This document shows positions 23,901 to 36,700 of a stretch of 64,000 bases of DNA, in pieces (position 1 is the stretch's first letter; the number at the start of each line of letters is the position of its first letter). The notes beneath the pieces are model-generated. The model ran no database searches and was not told where the DNA came from. It saw only the letters and a list, made by a program, of their open reading frames with translations. This stretch comes from Hormiphora californensis (Eukaryota; Animalia; Ctenophora), in NCBI GenBank assembly GCA_020137815.1, contig CM035360.1, forward strand, positions 4,712,001 through 4,776,000. The letters are read 5' to 3'. Made by a program: the position numbers and the translations under genes.

Positions 23901-26124
23901 GGTAGGGTAGGTGAGAGATGGAGTGAATGGGAGGTAGGGAAGCTGAGAGATGGAGTAAATGGGAGGTAGGTAAGCTGAGAGATGGAGTAAATGGGAGGTA
24001 GGGTATCTGAGATATGGAGTAAATGGCAGGTAGGGAAGCTGATATATGGAGTAAATGGGAGGTAGGTAAGCTGAGAGATGGAGTAAATGGGAGGTAGGGA
24101 AGCTGAGAGATGGAGTAAATGGGAGGTAGGGAAGCTGAGAGATGGAGTAGATGAGGGGTAGGGTAGCTGAGAGATGGAGTAGATGAGGAGTAGGGTAGCT
24201 GAGAGATGGACTAGATAAGGGGTAGGGTAGCTGAAAGATGGGGTAGATGAGGGGTAGGGTAGCTGAAAGATGGAGTAGATGAGGGGTAGGGTAGCTGAGA
24301 GATCGAGTTGATGAGGGGTAGGATAGCTGAGAGATGGAGTAGATCAAGATCAAAAAATATTTGATTCGGCACCGACTCTCTCTCTACTCCTCGATCTTTC
24401 CCGCCATGTTCTGCAGCTGCTGTGTGAGAGTTAAACGCGAGCGCGTCAATAACATGACACGACATGCAACACGACATGCAACACGACATGCGAGATGCGA
24501 ATTTCATTATTTTGAAGTTTTGTGGGGTTGCGATTTTTGTTTTAGGTCGGAGAGTGAAACGGCCGGTACAGTGGTAAACTAGATTAAAAACTGTACGCCT
24601 CGTTAGACGGCGATTTTTCCTATCTTGTCTGGTTCCTGAGATATGGCCCCCTAAAGAGTTGGTGTCTCAAACTGCTAAATCGGGGTCACGCGAGGAAAAT
24701 GGGCATCAGTTTGCGTGTACTGCTCCGTTTTTCACGGGACTTGAACGAGGGTGACGGCAAGAGTCTCACCTATTACATGGTATCCTTACATTGTGTATTA
24801 AATCTAAAATGACTGAGCAGCATGCTTGTTAATGAACCTTGACGTGTTTGCTTGTCTCGCAAGCGCGCTCGCGACTAGCAAACACGACATGCAGTTCACA
24901 CCCTGATAAACGGTAGATTATGGTAAAAAATGTGCAGGAAATGAACAAATGCAGTCAATAGACGTCCGGAAGGATGAAAATTTAATGGAAAAGTGTCAAG
25001 ATGAATGCTGAAAAAACATAAAAAGTAGGGCTAAAAAAAGCTAAAAAAAGCTAAAAAAAGCTAAAAAAAGCTAAAATAAAAAACGCTATCGACCAAAATC
25101 AGGGTACCTTTAGCTTTTTTTAGGGCTGGACCCCCCCCAGGGTTTTGTCCGTTAAATCGGGGTGTCCGCTAAATCGGGGTCAAATATGGTTGATTTTCTA
25201 TTATATCGGGGGAAGATTATACTGCCGTTAAATCGGGGTGCCGTTAAATCGGGGTCCGACTGTACAACTGAACAGTGAAGTCATTGCCTAGCTCGACCCC
25301 TTTTCGCGAGCCCCCCTCTACTCACCTGTGGGGACTGGGGTAGGGGTTTCTTAGCAGCAGCGCACAACAGATTCATTTTATCTGAATAATCAATAGTAGT
25401 TGCCATGGTGAGCATCTTGTTCTTTAGCAGCGACATCAGGAACAACCGACCTAAATCACCCGGCTTCTTGTTCACATCGTTACCCTGTTGGAGGAGAAAT
25501 TTCAGAATATATACTTCATGTGAATACTTGCCTTGCTCGACCCTCTTTCCGTACGCTCCGTCCACACAAATGTAAAGGAGGGTTAGAACATAACAAGTGA
25601 ATACTTCCAATAACAATTATGTAGGATTTTATTATGCCTATAAGTTGTACCTGAAAACTTATAACACGAGACCGAAGGTCGAGTGTTATAAGTACAACAA
25701 TAATGATCCGAGACCACAGGTCGAGGCAGATTCTTGTACTTTAGTGCACGAGCCTGCGAGTGCCACTAAGTGTAACTACCTCACGAGCCTGCGAGTGATG
25801 TAGTTTTACTTTTTGACCGAGCCTGCGAGGTCTAAAAGTGTAAGAATCTGGGACATTATTGTTGACGTCAGGTACAACGAAAATAGGCATAATAAAATTG
25901 CATTGTAAAATTTTTAAAACAAGAGTGAGAGACAGTTTAGGGCGTAACAATAGAACGAATTCATGATAAGGTAGCAGGCAGAGATAAGATAACGCCTGAG
26001 ATCTATAGGTAAAGAGAGTGAGAGATTAGCGAGAGTGATCAGAGAGAGATAAAGAATGTGTGGGTCTGGGAGTTTGTGATTGTCATCTTGATCTCGGTGT
26101 TGCAACGGCTTGAGAGTGTGACAT

Positions 26125-26193
<69 letters not shown>

Positions 26194-27945
26194 GTACACG
26201 CTTATCTTTCCAACGGTTTTTAAGTGTGACAGAAACAGTGGAGTAAGGAGTTCGAAGTGCATGGCAGTGTTATAAGTTTTCATGTATCACTGGGGGGTGT
26301 TATAAGTGAAAACTTATAACACTGGGGGGTGTTATAAGTGAAAACTTATAACACTGGGGGGTGTTATAAGTTGTACAAGCAGTGCTACCTAAAGAATTAT
26401 ATTATATCTCAAAATTTTACAATGTCATTTTTTGAACTATCTTACCCGGCCCTTACGCTTTTCTACTTTATAATATAGAATACATCTTACCCCTTGTTCG
26501 ATTTCAAACTGTTCCATCTGCTCAACAACCTGTGCTCGTGTCAATTTCCCATCCTCAACCAACTTGCTCCCAATCTGAAAAACAAAAGTTAAAATATACC
26601 ACAAAATATTGACTGGCTAATTTATTTATTCCGTTCCTTTTTGTATAAAATTGTGACGAACATTTTTCTGTTGGCAAACATTTTACAGCCTAATTGGTGT
26701 ATCTACTAGATGGACGGATTAGCGGTATTAGCCTCTAACTCACTCCCACACATACACACATGCCATAAATCATGTGTGATCGAGATTTTGGGAGCAATGA
26801 GTTACATAGAGCTAGAGCATGAGATGACAGTCAACATATATTTCCCAAGAAACACACTAGTCATATACCTACTACCCGGTATTAAAATTGGTACGCACAG
26901 ATGTTTTTACAAAGAAATCTGTCCCAGAAATTGTATTGCATGCTCAATTATTCATGCCACATAGCTGGACTAAAATTCAGATTAAGTTTCACATTATGAA
27001 ATACGGAGTGTGACACAACGACGTACAAACAGACTTCTTATCAAACATAATTCTATCCTATCACATTTCAAGCGTTAGGTCAGACCACAGTACACACGTC
27101 ACCAAATCCTACAAACAGCCGGTATATAGAGTGGAACATGTTTTAAAACAAAACAAAGCTTTACTTTGATCCAAGACAAAACGAGAACAACGAATTGAGC
27201 AAATCATCATGGAGCAACATTAATTAAACATTTAATTTCAAATCGTATTGCTAGTTTAAATATCGGGTATATTTCCCAGTCCCCACCTGTTTTACATCCC
27301 TCCACACAAGGTGTGAGTCCGTGGTCTTCCCTCCACCACCACTAAACAGCAGGTTCTGGGTCGAGGATGCCCGGGGACCTCCAGAAAAGAGACTCTGTGA
27401 GCTGTTCCCTCGTTGAAACAACCCCCTCACCATCATTTCATTGACATTGTTGATCAAAGCTGATTTAGCTCCTGATGGTGGTGTAGTAGCTCCAGGAGTG
27501 GAGAAGAAATTTGATGGGGCTGATAATCGAGGCTTGTTATCATGCTCTAACCGTCCGGGGCGCGGTGAGACAGGGACGAAAAAGGTAAATCGTGGCATAT
27601 CACATGGCAAACAAGAGATGTGAGGCAAAGCTGGAGATGAATAAAAAACCTCTCAGATTGTGTTCAATGAGTAGAAAGAACGTGCAAGCTGCGAGTTAGG
27701 TTACACCAGGTCATACACACACACATGACAAGCTTTTCGTGGTACAATCACCGAAAAGGATATCAAAAATTTAAAGAACGAAATATATATATATAGGGGA
27801 GAAGGATTCGTAAAATGCAAAAACTAGGTAATTCTCAAATCGCGATTCAAGTTAGGTAATTATTGGAATGTAGTGACACCAATACACTATCCCAGGAAGA
27901 GTGCTGGGTGTGTTAAAAGGGGAAGGTAGAGCTTAGAAATGAATG

Positions 27946-27999
<54 letters not shown>

Positions 28000-28006
28000 G
28001 AGAGAG

Positions 28007-28076
<70 letters not shown>

Positions 28077-29310
28077 CCATCAAATCTCGTATATTAGAAC
28101 GGAACTAGAGCACATTGTACACTTTCAAAGATCTTTCACTGCAGCTCCTTCACAAAAGAACAAGTCTTTCTATGGTAAAAAGTATTTTCAAAGACATACG
28201 GTTGCAATGAAATGAAATGAGCCAGCCGGAGTCGAAAGAGGTTGTAATTTTCTCAGCGTGCGTGATATTACAGTCATGAAGTATGACAAAAAGAGGTACT
28301 ATTTTGAAGAGAAAAGGGAGAGAAAGAGAAAGAGAGGGAGAGACAGAGAAGAGGGAGAGACAGAGAAAAGGGAAAGACTATTTGGTTGCAAACCAATTAG
28401 TATGGTAGACTCAATGTTACTTCAAAAAAGTGAATGTGAGTTAATTGGGACAGGATATTTTACAGGATAGTGTCTATTAGTGGGACAAGGCAACTTGGAA
28501 CATATATCACATATAATTTTAAGATTCGTAAACTCTGTTTCAGGAAACAATTTAACTACAGTCATCGAAAAGCAGCTAGAGCCTATCAAGATGGTGAGAA
28601 AGTTTGCAGTAGTATAGCTACTAACTAATATTATAGAGGCATTAATCCCGGGGGAATAGAAACACATCCACACACACAAGCCTGTTTTCCCATTTGTCTG
28701 TTGATCACCAACACTTCAATGACGCAACGGATAGCAGCGTAATTACAATAATGTTCCACATATTAGTCGCTATATGATGGTAAATATGCAACCTGCAGCT
28801 GCAAATGGATCAAGAATGGTGACTAAGAAAGTTTACGCATCCTATCGATCACATGCACAGTATAATAAGTTGAAACTGTTTCGCACCCTTTCGCAGTATA
28901 ATGTGATTCATATACCAGGGGGGGTGGGGTATATGCTCTGATTGAATGGCAAACTCAAACTAAAAGGACCCAAACAACTTCTGCCTAGCTAGACAAATGT
29001 AAAGGGAGGGTTAGAACATAACAACACAACTCACCTTTTCTGCTGAAACTAAGCCGCTCGCAGGTCCTCCTCCGCAGAGTCTGATACCTTGACTCCTTCT
29101 TCGCATCCTCTAGAGTTATCACCATGTTACCATGACAACTAGAACTCCGTAGTAACGTAGAATCAGAGTGGAAGTCGGTGAAGGGTGTTCCGGTGGTATG
29201 CCTCTAACGGGGGTGTTCTCTCCATGGTGGTCCAGTTGGTGAGCGTTTTGTAGCAGTTTACAGCTGGTGGTAAAAGGGTAGGACGTCCCTTTGACAGAGC
29301 TGCAGCAGCT
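20907..29310 (-). CDS. Upstream exons (29036-29110, 27287-27630, 26491-26574, about 25326-25530, 20907-20966), including a possible DEP-like helical domain
   Basis: Phase-consistent GT-AG exons. YILKFLLQQG...LGRLFLMSLLKNKML loosely resembles a DEP domain. Confidence 0.55.
21065..25138. mobile_element. Poly-G-capped TIR element with (tttttttagc)n subterminal arrays and a 6-bp TSD agggtt
   Basis: agggtt|G14 tccagccctaaaaaaagctaa ... ttagctttttttagggctgga C8|agggtt. Confidence 0.8.
21462..24905. mobile_element. Foldback element with CAGGG termini, 5-bp TSD ataaa (hAT5-like), about 1-kb TIRs and an internal 36-bp minisatellite
   Basis: ataaa|cagggtgtgaactgcatg ... catgcagttcacaccctg|ataaa. Mirror ORFs 21860+ and 24507-. 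Unit ctccatctctcagcttccctacctcccattta-like. Confidence 0.87.
25609..26403. mobile_element. Non-autonomous DNA element with imperfect TIRs, short palindromes and (GA)n; superfamily unassigned
   Basis: ataacacgagaccgaaggtcgagtgttat hairpin, gagcctgcgag x3, ttataacactgggggg x3, and aattatgtagg / cctaaagaatt ends. Confidence 0.5.
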
Positions 29311-30749
29311 AGAATTGAAGTTACATAGTAATATTTAATCAGAGCTGTATAACTACAAAACTTTCTCATGGCAACTGGCAAGCGTACAATAGCAGAACAA
29401 AATTATCGGCATTACAATAAGCTAGCTGTCGATAATCTCTCAAGATCAAGGATTATATAGGAGACAGATATCTTGGAGACTGCAGCAAAGGTAAATGTCA
29501 TCAAGTAGTACAAGGACAGATATCTATTGGAGAAAAGGAAATCAAACTACAGAACTTGAGATGTCATATATACAAGATACGTGTTATCCTGCACAAGATA
29601 TATTGACATTAAGTGTCCACACGCAGCAGAGTTGTTATTGACAACATGGCCGGGTGGTGTTATAATGACTTCCCATGTCACATATCAACACGAGCTGGGA
29701 AGCCATACTACTGCAAAAAAGCAGACGCCTCTTCATAGAAAGTTATCTACATAGATAATTCTACTGTGAACCTCGTCAAGACAAAGATACGATTCAGTTC
29801 AAGACCCCCCCAAGATACGATCATCAGGTTTCAAGATACGAATACAGGCAAGACAAGATTACCGCTCAGTAAGACCTTGGTTTATCGAAGACACCTCACA
29901 CCACATTGTTTAGGCCGCACGCCGGCCTTGTTTGGTGCGTTTGCGCGCCGGCAAGGGGGGGTAACTTGCCCAAAAGTAAAGCAGATAAACAAATACGCTC
30001 TCAAGACAAGATAAGACAAGATACGCTTGAGATTTCCTTCTCACTAAATGGGGGAGGATGAGGTGTGTCACGTTATTGTTACCCCCTTCTACTAGCTCAG
30101 TCCTGATCCGCTCAACACAAAGACAATTCGGTTTCTAATAGAGACACACTTGATCATTAGAGAGAAAGAAGCAGAAAGGTAGAGAGAGAGAGGGAGAATG
30201 AGAGAGAGGGAGAGAGAGAAAGTAAATGGGGAAGAGATTGCAAGATTGGGGGAATGGCCTCATGTACCAAGCTCTCAGGCAAGTTATTAGCCTACTGCCT
30301 GAGTTAGCTGACCAACAAGCTAGGTGGACTATTGCATCTCAGAGAGAGAGGGAAATGATGAGAGGGATGGAAAGGAGGGAGACAGAAAAACAAAGATAGA
30401 AAGATAGAGAGATAGGGATAGAGGGAAAGATTGAGTGAAGGAAAGAAGGGGGGAAAGAAAAATAGAACATAAAATGTTTTGGGTTTTTCGGGACATGCAG
30501 CTGATCCAAGCAGAATTGGAGAAAAAACGCAGACGCTGGTACGATATTGAACAAGCCCAGAATCCAGATTACATAGCACAACATAGGCTACAAATGCATC
30601 GAGCTGATTCAGGAATACACATGAGCACGGACACAAAGGTAGATGTGGAACAATAGCACTAAACCGGGCGGGAGGGAGGGAAATTTTGAAAACGACTCTG
30701 GTGAATTGAAAAACCAAGAACCCTCTAATTAGTTAGTTAGTGAAACCGA

Positions 30750-33700
30750 AACAGTTAGAGAAGGCAAGAAGGGAACAAAAAGGGAACAAAAATGGAGAGA
30801 GAAAGGATGGAACAAAGTGGTACATATTGGGCCCTAAAGGGAAAAAAACCCAAAGCAGGGGTTTTACACATTAAAAGGTCAGTTTGGGGAGGTGTGAAAA
30901 AAGGAGAGAGAAAGAAGGGGGAGGGGGGGAGAGAGGGGAGAGAGAGAGGGGAAGGGGAAAAAAGAGAGAAAGGGAAAAGGGGGAGAGAGAGAGAGGGAAA
31001 AAGGGAAAAAAAATGGAGGAAAAAATAGGGAGGGCCCCCCAAAAAAAGGGGATTTTTTTTTTAAAAAATTTTTTTAAAAAAAAAAAACCCCCCCCCCCCC
31101 CCCCCCCCCCTTTTTATTTTTTTTTTTCCCCCCCCTTAGAAAATTTGGGGGGAGGGGGGGGGAAAAGGCCCGGGGGGGTTTTGGGGGTTTTTTTAAAAAA
31201 AAAAAGGGGGGGGTAGGGGGAAAAAGGGGAAAAAAGGGGGAAAACAAAAAAAAAAAATTTTGGGGGAAAGGGGGGAAAAAAAAGGGGGGGGGTTTGGGAA
31301 AAGGGGGGGGAGGGGTTTGGGGGGGGGGGGAAGGGGGGGGGGGTTTTTGGGGGGGTTAAAAAAAGGGGGGTGGGGGTGGGGGGGCCCCCCCGGGGGAAAA
31401 AAAAGGGGGGGAAAAGGGGGGGGGAAGGAAAATTTAGAAAGGCCTTTTTTTTTTGGGGGGGTTTTTGGGGGGGGGAAAAAGGGGGGGAAAAAAAAAAAAA
31501 AGGGGAAAAAAAAAAAAAAGGGGGAAAATTTTTTTTTAAATTTTTTATACCCTTTTGGTTTGGGGTCCCCCCTTTAAATTTTTTTTTTTTTTCCCCCCCC
31601 CCTTTTTTTTAATTTTTTTTCCTTTCCCCTCATGTAAGCGTTGTTTGTGATAGGGGAAAATTTTCCAGGGACCAGGGCCTTTTTGGTTTTTTTTGGTTAA
31701 AAATTTTTAGGGGCCGGGCAAGTCCCCCCTTTTTTATATTTTTGGTTTGGGGGAAAGAAAACACCTCACGGGAAACCCATAAAATTTTTTTTTAAATTTT
31801 TTTTAAAATTGGGGGGGCCTCCCCGGAGAAAGGCCCCCCCGCCCCCATGAAAAGGCCAATTTCCACAAGGACGTTTGCAAAAAATTTTCAGGAGTTTCTT
31901 TTTAGGTGGTCCCCGGTTTTTAATTTGACCCTGAAAAATTGGGTATGAAATTTTGGGAATACTATAATATTTTTTTTAGGGAAGGGGGTCTGTAAAAACC
32001 GGTCCCCCTTGGCCCCAACTATCAATTGAAATAAGCTAGACACCGAAAAAATTTAAAATTCCCCCCTTTTGCCCCCCAATTATGGGGTTTCCCAAAGTTT
32101 TTTGAAAAAAGGGTTTAAAATGGGGTACAGGGGCCCTGGGGAAAACCCCCCCCCGATAAAAATTTCCCAATTTCCCCGCAAACCCCGGGAGGGCCTTGGC
32201 CCCCCCCCCCCCAAATGTCTGAATTTGGAAAATTTGCAAAAAAAGAAAGCTGCAAAGTTTTAACCCCGGGCTGTGGGATGTCCCCGGAAATTTACCGGAG
32301 GGGCAAACCGGTTGGGCTATTTTCCCTCTTTTTATTTTTTTGGGGAACTTTTTTTTCTTCTTCCCCTCCCACTCTTTTTTAAGATCTTTTTGTTCTACCC
32401 CCTCTTTTTCCCCTTCTTTCCTTTTTTTTTCCTTCTCCTCCCAAATGCTTTTTAAAAAATTTTTATTAGCCCCGGGGTTTTTTCCCCCCCAAAATGCCCC
32501 CCCGTACGGGAAAAGAGGAAAAAAGAGAAAAAATAACAAAAAAATTGAATTTGAATATTTCTTTTCTGCCCTTTTCCTAATTATTTTGGCACCCCCTTTC
32601 CCCTCAAGGCTCCCAAGGGCGCTGCAAAAGGCTAAAAAAAACCCTTTGGGCCAAAACAAAGTATCCCAATTTTGGCAACAAGAACGTTTGTAAATTTTTA
32701 AAAAAGCAATCCCAAAAGGGGGGGGGTTTAAAAAAATTAAAAACTTAAGAGGTTTAGGCCCCCTTCCCGGGAAAAGGGTTCCCCATGTTTTTTTGGGGAC
32801 AAGGGATGCATTGGGCCATTCTCCCCCTTTTTAAAAACCGGGTTTCCCCTGAAGGAAGAGGCCACTAAAACGGTTTCCCAAAACACCCAAAAATCCGACA
32901 GTCAAAATGTTAAAACCAGCTCTACTTGAAAGAGAAAGGGAAGCATTTGGGGGTAAAAACAGGGCCAAAATTTTAGTGAGAGGAGAAAACAAATACTTCT
33001 GAACAAAAATAAACTGAAGGCGGGGTGAAGAGAAAAGGGAAGAGTGGAAAGGGGAACGGGGAAAAAGGGGGATCGGAAAAAGGTTGGGGGTTGGGGGGGG
33101 GGGGGGGGGGGGGGCCTGGGGAAAGGGGCGCGGTCCCCCCCTTTTTTTTGCTTGGGGGGGCCTGGGCCGGGGGGGGGGGTCGGGGGGGGGGGGGGGGGAG
33201 TGGGGGGAAAAAAGGGGAAAAAAATTTTTTCCCCCCTTTGTTCCCAATTTGGGCCCCCTTACCCTATATATCAAAGGAAACTGGGAGATTGGGAGAATGC
33301 TGGAAGAGACGGTGAAGACGAGGGGGTGGGGTATTGTTGGGGAGAGAAAAAGAGTAGGAGGGGAAAACAAAAAAGAGAAAAAAAAAGACACAAATGGGCC
33401 CAAAGCATGGAAAAGGTTAATGTCCCTAAATGCTCTTGTACGAATCTCATGAATAATTCTACATTTTTAGGGTTTTCCTACAAAAAATCTGAAAAATTTT
33501 ACTTTGGGTTTTATTTTTGGCTCTAAATCTATTTTACTAGGGACTCACCGTATGACTTACCATTTTCCCCCCAAAAAGCCCTTCCCTTTTTTGGGCCCCC
33601 ATAGGGTAGGGGGGCTGCTCCCCTCCGGGGGAACGGATCCCCTTGTAGACGTTTTCATTCCTTGCAGTTTGGCCGCAGACTTGCTCCGTTTAATCACCAT

Positions 33701-36700
33701 ATTATAACAAACGAAGCAAAGGCATAAAAAGGTAAAATGGACAGATCTGATACTCCCTTTTTTCGTTCTCCTCCCTTTTGGTGTCCATTAAGTGATAAAG
33801 TCACGTATTTAAAATATTTTTTGGAATTCATAGGAGGACAAACGCATACTATAAAACGTTGTGATTCTAAGCTTTAAGGGGTCACCCTCATACTGTTGTT
33901 TTTTTAGTCGCTTCAATGTTGGGGTTTTAGTGATTGAATCTATTACGCCCCAAAGGGTCCAGATGGCGTTTGGGTGATGTTTTTTAAAACGTACCGGTTT
34001 GAAGTTTTTGTCCAATATATTCCATCCAAACAACCAAGGGCAAAATTCTAAAAACAAAAAATAGCATATCAAATAATAAATTTACGAAAAGAAAGTTTAA
34101 CAAACTGGGCCCGAAAATTTTAAATTCTACCTCGATTGGCTCGCTGGTAAAAAAGAGAAAAAGAAAAAACCAATTAAACACCCAAAAAGATTTTCACGGG
34201 GGGGTTGTATGGGAAAAAGGTAATGGGGGAAAAGGAGATCAGTAAACAAAACCAACCGTGGCCAACGGGGGCTGTCATGCTGAAACAAGGACGGGAAGGC
34301 GTTTCTGATCACATAAATCTAAAATTTCCCTCACTGCTTTTTGGGGGGTCAAAAGGAAACGATGCATTTCGCAATGAAAAGAAATTTTTTAGTTTTTTCC
34401 CTTTCGTTTTTCTGTTCAAAAATTTTCTGAAAAATCTTTCTATCATGGGGTGAAGTGTTCCAAACGGGGCCGGGGCCCGGCTCACAGAAAACTGTCCAGA
34501 TTTTTAGTTGTCACCCGTTAGAAAGCTACTTCCGGTAGCGTTGGATTCGTCTTAAAAAGCTGATTCAGGAAATATTCTTGCCTAATTTGGACCATATACA
34601 CATTCAGACACTAAAAGTTAAAACAGATCTGACATGATTTACGATTAGTAATCCTCCCTGCATAAATTATAGGCGAACAGTTATCTCTTATATAAATACA
34701 GGCTTGACCCCTGGACCCCGCTCGTGGGTTTGTTCACCCCCCCCACTGCCCCTACCGGGCTGTACCCCCCTGGCCGTTTGCCTTTTTGTCTCAACCCCCA
34801 CTCCACCGCTCCCGCCCCCCCTTTTGAACAAAACAACCCAGGCCCCGGACACACAATGCTCCGCATTCCCCCGTTTTTGTTCAAAAAAAAGCAAAAGCAG
34901 TCCCAGATTCTTCCACAAAAATAGTAAAACACCTTTAATCTACCATTATTATATTATTATAATCTATTAATTTACACAATTTTTAAATTTTAAAAAAGCC
35001 CCTTTTTTGGGCAAATCGGGTTGCCGATAGATTTAAATCATTGAAATACCCCTTTAAAAAGTCTATCCCCCCCCCCCCCGTACCCGGAAAAATTGGCCCC
35101 CCAGATTCGAGTCCCTCAAACCCCTTTAAATTTGGTGGATTTTTCTCCTCCATTCTCTCTGCGAAGGAATATCCCTTGCAAGAAAAACACCGCGTTTCGA
35201 TTTTTAATGTTTTTAAAGGCGTTTGCCTTCTGGGGAAGGGTTAGCAGCATTTCCCTACTCTGTGCTTCACAACCTGGTCTCCCCTCCCTCCTCCCCGTTT
35301 TCAAAAACCCCCCTTCACCAGGTCGGTTTTCTTCCCCCTCCTCACAAAAAAATTTCCACTTCACCCCCTTTCCCCCACAGATTCAGTTTTTCCCATCCCC
35401 CATCCGTAACCAAACAACCCTCAGATTTTTTGATCTGTCTGGGCCGGGGTAACTGGGTTTTGCGGCCTTTTCCCCCCGGCTTTTTTTTGGATTTTTTTTC
35501 GATGATAAAAACGCAAAGTCCCTTAACCCAATTCCCCCGGGGGGGGCCGGCCCAAAAATACCGGGCCCCCCCTTTCCCCCCCGGGGTTTCCTTTTTTCCA
35601 ACCCCCAATTTTTTAAAAAAAAACCCCCCCTTTTTCCCCCCAAAAAAATTTTTCCCTTTCCCGCTTTTTTTTTTTTTCCCTTTCCCCCTTTTCCCCCCAA
35701 AAAACCCTTTTTCCCCCAAAAAAATTTTTTAAAATTTTACCCCCGGGGGGGGGCCCCCCTTTAAAATTTTTCCCCTTTGGGGTTTTTTGGGGCTTTTTTT
35801 TGGGGGGGGGTTTTTTAAAAAAACCCAAAACAAAAAAAAATTTTTTTTTAAAAAGGGTTTTTTAAAAACCCCTTTTTTTTTAAAAAATTTTTTAAAAGGG
35901 GGGCCCCGGGGGGGCTCCCCCCCCCCAAAAAAACCCCCCCAAAAAAAAAAACCCCCCCCCCCTTTTTGGGGCCCCCCCGGGAAAAAAAAAAACCTTTTTT
36001 TTTTATTTTTTTAAAAATTTTGGGGGGAAAAGGGAAAATTTTTTTGGGGGGGAAAAAAACCCCCCTTTTTTTTTAAAAAAAAAATTTTTTTTAAATTTTT
36101 AAAAAAAAAAAAGGGTTTTTTTTAACCGAAAAAAAACCCCCCTTTTTTCCCCCGGAAAAAATTTTTTTTTGGGGGAAAAAAAGCCCTTTAAAAAAAAAAA
36201 AATTTTTTTTTTAAAAAAATTTTTTTTTTCACCCAAAAAAAAATTTTTAAAAAAAAAAGGGGGGGTTTTTAAAAAAAAAAACCCCCCCCAAAAATTTTTT
36301 TTTCCTTTTGGGAAAAAAAAAAAAAATGGGGAAATCTTTTTAAAGGTTTTTTTTTAAAAAAGGGGGGTTTTTTTTTCCTTTCCCCTTTTTTTTTTTGGGG
36401 GTTTAAAAATTTGGTTTTTTTTTTTTGGGGGAAAAAATTTTCCCCTTTTTAAAAAATTTTTGGGGGCCGGGGTTTTTAAAAAAACCCCCCAAAGGGTTTT
36501 TTTTTTAAAAGGAAAAAAACCAAAAAAAACCCCCCGGGAACTTTTAAAAAAAAAAAAAAAAGAAAAAAGGGGGGCCCCCCAAAGGAATTTTTTAAAAATT
36601 AAAAAGGGCCCCAAACCCCCCCCTTTTTCCCAAAAAAAACCCCAAAAAAATTTTTTTCCAAAAAAAAATTTTAAAAAAAAATTTTTTTTTTCCCCCAAAC

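Larger units (their letters stand above)
21023..25262. mobile_element. Tc1/mariner-like MITE (same family as 7048-8931), expanded by two nested insertions
   Basis: TA|cagtcggaccccgattta ... taaatcggggtccgactg|TA. Confidence 0.88.

Noticed and set aside
22014-24353. Long ORFs (208 and 351 aa) of LLHLSASLPPIYSISQ repeats
   Set aside because: Translations of a minisatellite inside TIRs, with no transposase motifs.
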